Source: an uncultured Bacilli bacterium (GTDB taxonomy: Bacteria; Bacillota_I; Bacilli_A; RF39; UBA660). From it: DNA of 64,000 bases. This document shows positions 57,614 to 64,000 of the stretch, piece after piece (within the stretch, counting starts at the first letter, position 1; the number at the start of each line of letters is the position of its first letter). The translations under genes were made by a program, and so were the position numbers. The stretch is taken from positions 10,000 through 73,999 of the forward strand of contig CANQQX010000001.1 in assembly GCA_947626115.1 (NCBI GenBank), read 5' to 3'. The notes under the pieces were generated by a model, which was not told the origin of the DNA, did not search any database, and saw only the letters and a list, made by a program, of their open reading frames with translations.

Positions 57614-58243
57614 ATGAGTAACTTAGCAAAAATAAAATTATATTTAATTAAAAGTGGCTTTGATAAAGATGTTGTATTAACTTTACCAAAAATATTTGTG
57701 CAAGAATATTTAGAAAAAGATTATGATAAATTAAGTGAATTATTAGATGTTTTTATTGATTATGTCTACAAATCACCAAAATATTTGAATCAACAGGCCA
57801 AATTTGGTAATATTTCTTGTGTTCATAATAAAGATGCAGAATTAAATCATGAAAGTGTATATAATAGTTTTAAAAATAAAATAATTGAATCTTTTCACAC
57901 ATTTATTACTAGACAGCCACTTAATAGTATTTTAAGTATTGGTGGTAATCCTAAAAATGCTAATGATAATAATTTATTTTTTAATGAATGCATTGTTGTT
58001 GATCCAAATCAATATGGTGATTTAGTTTGTTTACAACCATATTTTAATGTTTTAGATAAAAAAGGAAATGAAATATATTTTATCAGAATTAATGATTTAT
58101 CTAATCTTTTATTAAGTAAAGGCATTAATTTAGAAGATGTAAGTATAATTATGACAACTAATAATAATGGTTTATATATTAATCCTTTAGCCATAAAAAG
58201 TTTAGGTTCAGTAGAAGTAGAGCATACAAATCTTAAAAAGTAA
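57614..58243 (+). CDS. Hypothetical protein
   Basis: 209-aa ORF with RBS aaggag. No recognisable motif. Confidence 0.45.
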   Translation: MSNLAKIKLYLIKSGFDKDVVLTLPKIFVQEYLEKDYDKLSELLDVFIDYVYKSPKYLNQQAKFGNISCVHNKDAELNHESVYNSFKNKIIESFHTFITRQPLNSILSIGGNPKNANDNNLFFNECIVVDPNQYGDLVCLQPYFNVLDKKGNEIYFIRINDLSNLLLSKGINLEDVSIIMTTNNNGLYINPLAIKSLGSVEVEHTNLKK

Positions 58244-58289
58244 TTCACAGGTTACTTTTTTTGTTTTATAATATTATTAAGGTGATAAG

Positions 58290-59099
58290 ATGAATCCAAT
58301 TGCATTTACAATCGGTAACTTTCAAGTTAGATGGTATTCTTTAATGTTACTTACTGGTATGCTTATCTCAATATTTATGGTGATAAGAGAAGGTAAAAGA
58401 TTTAATATACCAAAAGATTTTATGTTTAATTTAGCCTTTTGGGTTATTATTGTAGGCATTATTTGTGCTCGTATATATTATTGTATTTTTAACTTTGAAT
58501 TATATCAAAATAATCTTTTAGATATTTTTAAGATTTGGGAAGGCGGACTTGCTATTCATGGTGGTATTATTGGTGGTCTTATCACAATAATTGTTTATAC
58601 CAAAAGATACAATATTAATACTTTTAAAATAACCGATATAGTTGTTGTACCATTACTTTTAGCCCAAGCTATCGGGAGATGGGGTAATTTCTTTAATAGT
58701 GAAGCCCACGGAGCAGCGACAACTTACTATCATTTAAAAGAATTACATATACCAGAAAAAATAATTGAAGGTATGAAAATAGGTAATGTTTATTATCATC
58801 CCACATTTCTTTATGAAAGTATTTATTGCTTAATTGGTTTTATAATTTTACTTTTTGTAAGAAGATATCGCTATTTAAAAAGAGGACAACTTACTTGTCT
58901 TTATATGATGTATTATTCTGTTGGTCGTTTCTTTATTGAAGCTTTACGGACAGATTCACTAATGTTCTTTGGCTTTAGGGTAGCCCAAATAGTATCAGTT
59001 ATTTTATTTATTACTGGTTTAGTAATATTTATTATGCTTAGTAGAAAAGGACGCTTTGAAGATTTATATAATGAAGAACAAAGTGGACCAGTTAGATAG
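58290..59099 (+). CDS. lgt: Prolipoprotein diacylglyceryl transferase
   Basis: Lgt signature GRWGNFFNSE, the GGLAIHGGIIGG motif and a polytopic membrane topology. Confidence 0.9.
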   Translation: MNPIAFTIGNFQVRWYSLMLLTGMLISIFMVIREGKRFNIPKDFMFNLAFWVIIVGIICARIYYCIFNFELYQNNLLDIFKIWEGGLAIHGGIIGGLITIIVYTKRYNINTFKITDIVVVPLLLAQAIGRWGNFFNSEAHGAATTYYHLKELHIPEKIIEGMKIGNVYYHPTFLYESIYCLIGFIILLFVRRYRYLKRGQLTCLYMMYYSVGRFFIEALRTDSLMFFGFRVAQIVSVILFITGLVIFIMLSRKGRFEDLYNEEQSGPVR

Positions 59100-59111
59100 G
59101 AGAAATAATTT

Positions 59112-60008
59112 ATGTATGATTTAATAATAATAGGTATGGGTATTGGTGGTGTAACTGCAGGTATTTATGCCAAAAGAGCCAACTTAAATGTTTTGCTTAT
59201 AGATAAAGGTGCTGTTGGTGGCATGCTTAATAATATTGAAACTATTAGTAATTACCCTGGCTTAATAAATATTAATGGGGCTGATTTTTCTCAAAAATTA
59301 TTAGAGCAAATTAAAGATTTAGAAATACCTTATCAATTTAGTGAAGTAATTGATTTAAAAATTCAAGGTGATGAAAAAATAGTAGTAACTAAAAATGAAG
59401 AATTACGTGCTAAATATGTGATAATTGCAACGGGTACTAAGCCTAAATTTTTAGGCCTTGATAATGAAAAAGATCTTTTAGGTCGTGGCATTAGTACTTG
59501 TGCAACTTGTGATGGAGCATTTTATAAAGATAAAGATGTAGCTGTAGTAGGTAGTGGTTCAAGTGCTTTACAAGAATCTTTATATCTTGCTAAAATATGT
59601 CATAAAGTTTATATTTTAAATCGTAAAGATAGATTTAAAGGGGAAAAATATTTAGAGACTAAAGTTAGAAATACTAAAAATATGGAAATTATTTGTAATG
59701 TAAATATTAAAGAATATAATGAAGTCAATGGCAAAATAGAAAGTATTATTTTAGATAATGAGCAAAAATTAGATGTTGCTGGAGTATTTATCTATATTGG
59801 TTATAAACCTAATACAGAAATATTTAATAATTTAAATATTTTAGATGAACAAAGTTATATCAAAGTAAATGAAAAATATGAAACAGAAATAGATGGAGTA
59901 TATGCCATTGGTGATGTTATAAAAAAAGATGTCTATCAATTAGTAACTGCAGCCAACGATGCAATATATGCTATTAGTAATATATCAAAAAAAGTACTAT
60001 ATATATAA
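59112..60008 (+). CDS. trxB: Thioredoxin-disulfide reductase
   Basis: FAD motif IIIGMGIGG, redox-active CATCDG, and the second dinucleotide-binding site VAVVGSGSSA. Confidence 0.9.
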   Translation: MYDLIIIGMGIGGVTAGIYAKRANLNVLLIDKGAVGGMLNNIETISNYPGLININGADFSQKLLEQIKDLEIPYQFSEVIDLKIQGDEKIVVTKNEELRAKYVIIATGTKPKFLGLDNEKDLLGRGISTCATCDGAFYKDKDVAVVGSGSSALQESLYLAKICHKVYILNRKDRFKGEKYLETKVRNTKNMEIICNVNIKEYNEVNGKIESIILDNEQKLDVAGVFIYIGYKPNTEIFNNLNILDEQSYIKVNEKYETEIDGVYAIGDVIKKDVYQLVTAANDAIYAISNISKKVLYI

Positions 60009-60098
60009 ATGAGAGGAGAATTTTATGTGAGTTTATAAATAAAAAATATTAATTAATTTTAGAAATGTGTTAAAATAAATATGAAAGGGAGTTCAAAT

Positions 60099-60335
60099 AT
60101 GAAAAAAGAAGATAAAAATTATAAATATTTTAGAAAAGAAGAAGAAACTTTAAAAAAGAAATATGTTAATGAATTCATTATAATTTATAATGAAGAAGTT
60201 GTATTCCATAATAAGGATTTAAACAAAGTAATTGACTATGCAAGACAACTTGAAGCTGGGAAATATATTATACAAAATTGCGAAACAAATGAAGCAAATA
60301 ATATTCAAATGTTTCATACTAGGGTAACATTTTAA
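60099..60335 (+). CDS. Small conserved protein, partner of the downstream retropepsin-like gene
   Basis: RBS aaagggag before the ATG at 60099. Its stop TAA overlaps the next start (TAATG). About 78 aa. Confidence 0.45.
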   Translation: MKKEDKNYKYFRKEEETLKKKYVNEFIIIYNEEVVFHNKDLNKVIDYARQLEAGKYIIQNCETNEANNIQMFHTRVTF

Positions 60336-60949
60336 TGCAAGATTTTACTGCGTTTACAAAAGAAGAAAAGGGAAGAATAAAAGTATTAAAAACTCAGATT
60401 TCAATTATTATAGACAAAAAGATAAATCCATATTATAAAAAAGATAATGATTCATATGAGGCAATTTGGGATACAGGAGCAACAAATACTGTTATATCAG
60501 AGAAATTAGCCAAAGAATTAAATTTAACATCTGTCGGAAAAGCAAGAGTTGGTACTGCTGGTGGAATTATAGAAGTTGATAAATATATTTTGGGATTAAA
60601 ATTGCCAAATAATTTACAAATAAAAAACGTAATGATAACTGCTGGAAAATTATATGGTACAGATTTTTTAATCGGAATGGATATTATTACTTTAGGTGAT
60701 TTTTCAGTTACAAATTTAAATGGAAAAACTACTTTTTCGTTTAGATATCCATCTTGTGAAACTATTAATTACGTAACTGAAGCAAAAGAATTACAACGCA
60801 AAGAATTACAAAAACAATTAAAGCAAATTGAAAAAGAGATAAAAAAAGGTGGTAAATGTCCTTGTGGAAGCGGTAAACAATTTAGATATTGCCATGGCAG
60901 AGAACAAATGAAGCAAGTGAAGGAAAGTTTAGAAAAAATTAGTGTTTAA
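60335..60949 (+). CDS. Retropepsin-like (clan AA) aspartic protease with C-terminal SEC-C zinc-binding motif
   Basis: Active-site IWDTGATNTVIS (DTGA), a second hydrophobic-Gly motif FLIGMDII, and C-terminal CPCGSGKQFRYCHG as the SEC-C motif. Confidence 0.65.
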   Translation: MQDFTAFTKEEKGRIKVLKTQISIIIDKKINPYYKKDNDSYEAIWDTGATNTVISEKLAKELNLTSVGKARVGTAGGIIEVDKYILGLKLPNNLQIKNVMITAGKLYGTDFLIGMDIITLGDFSVTNLNGKTTFSFRYPSCETINYVTEAKELQRKELQKQLKQIEKEIKKGGKCPCGSGKQFRYCHGREQMKQVKESLEKISV

Positions 60950-60969
60950 TATGTAAATGAAGTGATAAT

Positions 60970-61725
60970 ATGATAAAAAATTTATTAGTAATTTTTACTG
61001 ATCCTTTTAATGTTTTATTTATAGTTATAATTATTTTGCTAACTATTTACTATGCTAAAATAATTGGCTATATGGGTGAATTTTGGGTTAGACAAGAATT
61101 AAAAAGATTAAATAAAAAAGAATATATAACTTTGAATAATATTATGTTGAAAGAAAATAATGAAACACATCAAATTGATCATATAGTATTATCTAAATAT
61201 GGTATATTTGTTATTGAAACTAAAAATTATAGTGGAATAATTAAAGGCAATAAATATAGTAATGAATGGATGCAAATACTAGGAAGAAATAGATATTATT
61301 TTAAAAATCCTATTTATCAAAATTATGGTCACATAAAAACTTTAAGTAGTATATTAAATTTAGATGAAAAATATTTTATATCTATAATCTGTTATTCTAA
61401 TCATTCTAGACTAAAAGTTAATGATAAAAATGTTATTAATTTGGATTTTTTAAATAAAACTATATTAAATTATAATGATATTATTTTAGATAAAAACTTG
61501 GAAGAATTAAAAAATAATATAATACAAAATAATATTGTTGATAAAAAAATACGCAAAGGGCATGTGAAAGAAATAAAATCTAAAATAAAAGACCAAAATG
61601 CTTTAATTGAAAATGGTATTTGTCCTAAATGTGGTGGTAATTTACTAAAAAAGCATAGTAAATATGGCTATTTTTTAGGATGTAGTAATTATCCAAAATG
61701 TCGTTTTATAAAAAATATTAAATAA
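60970..61725 (+). CDS. NERD-domain protein with C-terminal topoisomerase-type C4 zinc finger
   Basis: GEFWVRQEL...HQIDHIVLSKYGIFVIETKNYSG is the NERD core. CPKCGGNLLKKHSKYGYFLGCSNYPKCRF is a zf-C4_Topoisom-type finger. N-terminal TM helix. Confidence 0.75.
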   Translation: MIKNLLVIFTDPFNVLFIVIIILLTIYYAKIIGYMGEFWVRQELKRLNKKEYITLNNIMLKENNETHQIDHIVLSKYGIFVIETKNYSGIIKGNKYSNEWMQILGRNRYYFKNPIYQNYGHIKTLSSILNLDEKYFISIICYSNHSRLKVNDKNVINLDFLNKTILNYNDIILDKNLEELKNNIIQNNIVDKKIRKGHVKEIKSKIKDQNALIENGICPKCGGNLLKKHSKYGYFLGCSNYPKCRFIKNIK

Positions 61726-61780
61726 CTTAATAGGAGTTTTATTATTTTTATTGTATAATTAATTTGTAGGTGATTTTTCT

Positions 61781-62632
61781 ATGTTAGTAAGTAATAATTG
61801 GCAAGATTATAAAATACTTAAAACAAGTAAAGGAATGAAACTTGAAAGTTGGCAAGATATTTTACTTTTAAGACCAGATCCTGTGATTACTTGGGATTTA
61901 GGTGATTTTTCCGAATATAAAATAAACGCTATCTATCATCGTAGTAATACTGGTGGAGGACATTGGGAAAATAAATTAAAAACACCTGAAAATTGGGTAA
62001 TTAATTATAAAGATTTAAAATTCTTAATTAAAGAAATGGGTTTTAAGCATACAGGTATATTTCCCGAACAAGCCTGTAATTGGGATTATGCCATGGATAA
62101 AATAAAGGAAAGTAATAGAGAGATAAAAGTATTAAATTTATTTGCCTATACTGGAGGAGCTACGGTTGCTTGTCTTAAAGCTGGGGCTAAAGTTACTCAT
62201 GTTGATTCATCTAAAGGCATGATTGAATGGGCGAAAGAAAATGTTAGACTTAATAATTTAGAAGATAAACAGGTGCGTTATTTAGTCGATGATGTTATTA
62301 AATTTGTGAAAAGAGAAATAAGACGTGGCAACAAATATGATGCCATTATTATGGATCCTCCTAGTTATGGCAGAGGTGCTAATGGTGAAGTTTGGTCATT
62401 AGAGAGTGACTTAGAAAACCTAATTAAATTATGTAAGGAAATATTAGATGATAATTTTCTTTTCTTTATAATTAATACTTATTCAACTAATCTACCTAAT
62501 ATATCTTTAGAAAATATTTTAAAACTTAATTTTAAAAATAAAAAAATTTTAGTTGATGATTTATGCTTACCAATTGAAAATAGTAATTTATATTTATCTT
62601 GTGGTATTACAGGAAGAGTAGAAAATGAATAA
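61781..62632 (+). CDS. Class I SAM-dependent RNA methyltransferase (RlmI/YwbD-like)
   Basis: SAM-binding LFAYTGGATVACLKAGA...THVDSS, acidic loop YLVDDV, and the catalytic IIMDPPSYGRG (DPP motif). Confidence 0.65.
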   Translation: MLVSNNWQDYKILKTSKGMKLESWQDILLLRPDPVITWDLGDFSEYKINAIYHRSNTGGGHWENKLKTPENWVINYKDLKFLIKEMGFKHTGIFPEQACNWDYAMDKIKESNREIKVLNLFAYTGGATVACLKAGAKVTHVDSSKGMIEWAKENVRLNNLEDKQVRYLVDDVIKFVKREIRRGNKYDAIIMDPPSYGRGANGEVWSLESDLENLIKLCKEILDDNFLFFIINTYSTNLPNISLENILKLNFKNKKILVDDLCLPIENSNLYLSCGITGRVENE

Positions 62633-63284
62633 TTTAAACATTTTATATGAAGATAATCATATTATAGTAGTCGAAAAGAAACCTAATGTTTTATGCCAAG
62701 GTGATTATACTAAAGATTTAGATTTACTAACAATGATAAAACATTATTTAAAAGAAAAATATCAAAAACCAGGTAATGTTTATTTAGGACTTGTTCATCG
62801 TTTAGATCGTCCAGTCGGTGGCATTATGGTTTTTGCTAAAACTAGTAAAGCAGCATCTCGTTTATCTAAAATAATTCAAAATCACGAAATGGTAAAAGAA
62901 TACCTACTAGTTTGTTATGGTAATGTAGATAAAAAAGGCACCATGGAAGATTACATTGAAAAGTTAGATGAAAAAAGTATTATTACAAATAAAGAACAAG
63001 GCAAATATGCTAAATTAGAATATGAACTTATTAAAAAAAGTGATAATTTAAATTTAGTTAAAGTTAATTTGATTACTGGTCGTCATCATCAAATACGTTT
63101 GCAATTTGCAAGTAGGGGATGCCTTTTATATGGTGATCAATTATATGGTAAGGAAGATCGAAAGCAAATTGCTCTTTTTGCTTATCATTTAAAATTTAAA
63201 CATCCGGTTAAAGGTGAAGTAATGGATTTTACTTTAATGCCAAAGGGTGGAATATGGAGTGAATTTAATGAAGATACAAAATAA
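62625..63284 (+). CDS. RluA-family pseudouridine synthase
   Basis: Catalytic-Asp motif LVHRLDRPVGGIMVFAKT (HRLD) and overall RluA-like length. Confidence 0.7.
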   Translation: MNNLNILYEDNHIIVVEKKPNVLCQGDYTKDLDLLTMIKHYLKEKYQKPGNVYLGLVHRLDRPVGGIMVFAKTSKAASRLSKIIQNHEMVKEYLLVCYGNVDKKGTMEDYIEKLDEKSIITNKEQGKYAKLEYELIKKSDNLNLVKVNLITGRHHQIRLQFASRGCLLYGDQLYGKEDRKQIALFAYHLKFKHPVKGEVMDFTLMPKGGIWSEFNEDTK

Positions 63285-64000
63285 TATAATAGAAAATTTA
63301 GCTCATACATTAAACATTAGTGTTAAAAGTGTTGAAGCAACTTTAAAATTACTTGAAGAAGGAAATACAATTCCGTTTATTGCCAGATACAGAAAAGAAG
63401 TAACTGGTAATTTAGATGAAACAGTTATTAGAGCAATTGAAACCGAATATACTTATGGGGTTAATTTACAAAAACGGAAAGATGAAGTAATTAGACTTAT
63501 TGATGAAAAAGGTTTACTTACTGATGAGATTGCCAAAAAGATTAATGATGCTCAAAAGTTAGTCGAAATTGAAGATATTTATCGTCCTTTTAAAGAAAAG
63601 AAAAAAACTAAAGCAACTGAAGCTATTAAAAATGGTTTAGAGCCTTTAGCGAAAATAATTATGAGTTTTAAAGTAAATGGAAAACTAGAAGATTTAGCCA
63701 AGAAATATTTAAATAATGATGTTAAAACTGTAGATGATGCTATAGAAGGTGCTAAATATATTATTGCGGAATGGATAAGTGACAATGCATCATTTAGAAA
63801 ACAAATTAGATATTTAACTTTTCATAATGGTGTTCTTACAAGTAAAAAGAAAAAGAATGCGGTAGATGAACTTAAAACTTATGAGATGTATTATGATTTT
63901 AAAGAAGAAGTAAAATATATTAAGAAATATCGTGTTTTAGCCATTAATCGTGGTGAAAGCGAAGGAATATTAACAGTAAGCATTTCTTTAGATGAAAATA
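63268..64000 (+). CDS. tex: Transcription accessory protein Tex (5' partial; runs off the window)
   Basis: MKIQNNIIENLAHTLNISVKSVEATLKLLEEGNTIPFIARYRKEVTGNLDE is the conserved Tex N-terminus. No stop before position 64000. Confidence 0.75.
   Translation, partial: MKIQNNIIENLAHTLNISVKSVEATLKLLEEGNTIPFIARYRKEVTGNLDETVIRAIETEYTYGVNLQKRKDEVIRLIDEKGLLTDEIAKKINDAQKLVEIEDIYRPFKEKKKTKATEAIKNGLEPLAKIIMSFKVNGKLEDLAKKYLNNDVKTVDDAIEGAKYIIAEWISDNASFRKQIRYLTFHNGVLTSKKKKNAVDELKTYEMYYDFKEEVKYIKKYRVLAINRGESEGILTVSISLDEN

Overview
This 64 kb window comes from a very AT-rich, low-GC chromosome (Firmicutes/Erysipelotrichia- or Mollicutes-related by gene content). It uses the standard code: TGA is used as a stop and TGG encodes Trp. 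Almost all genes are on the + strand and tightly packed, often with overlapping stop and start codons.

Recognisable core genes include whiA, truA, rplM-rpsI, a compact metK-like gene behind a SAM-I riboswitch, htrA, srtB, argS, eno, pyruvate:ferredoxin oxidoreductase, a SNF2/SWIM helicase, uvrA, lgt, trxB, an RluA-family pseudouridine synthase, an rRNA methyltransferase and the 5' part of tex. Accessory patches are scattered between them.

The most interesting is a ~7 kb island (about 45.8-52.9 kb). It carries a MerR regulator, a YbjQ-family protein, and a large protein fusing an archaeo-eukaryotic primase-polymerase (AEP) domain to an SF2 (DECH-box) helicase. Next to that sits a Schlafen/AlbA_2 + HATPase_c_4 ATPase. 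The island continues with a GC-rich 21-bp tandem repeat made of helically phased T-tracts, a strong orphan promoter driving a ~95-nt terminated transcript, an IS1595-family transposase remnant, and a protein made of two RNA-polymerase alpha-CTD-like domains.

Other notable loci are:
- a radical SAM/SPASM-unknown-flavodoxin operon;
- a G8 homopolymer inside the spacer of a near-consensus promoter for a surface protein, a likely phase-variation switch;
- a HipA_C-only kinase next to decayed sequence;
- an orphan DinJ/RelB-like antitoxin;
- an Abi_2 gene;
- a stand-alone LigD phosphoesterase;
- a small protein/retropepsin-SEC-C/NERD nuclease trio.

I found no rRNA, tRNA or CRISPR array. All calls rest on motif recognition by eye and were not confirmed by a database search.
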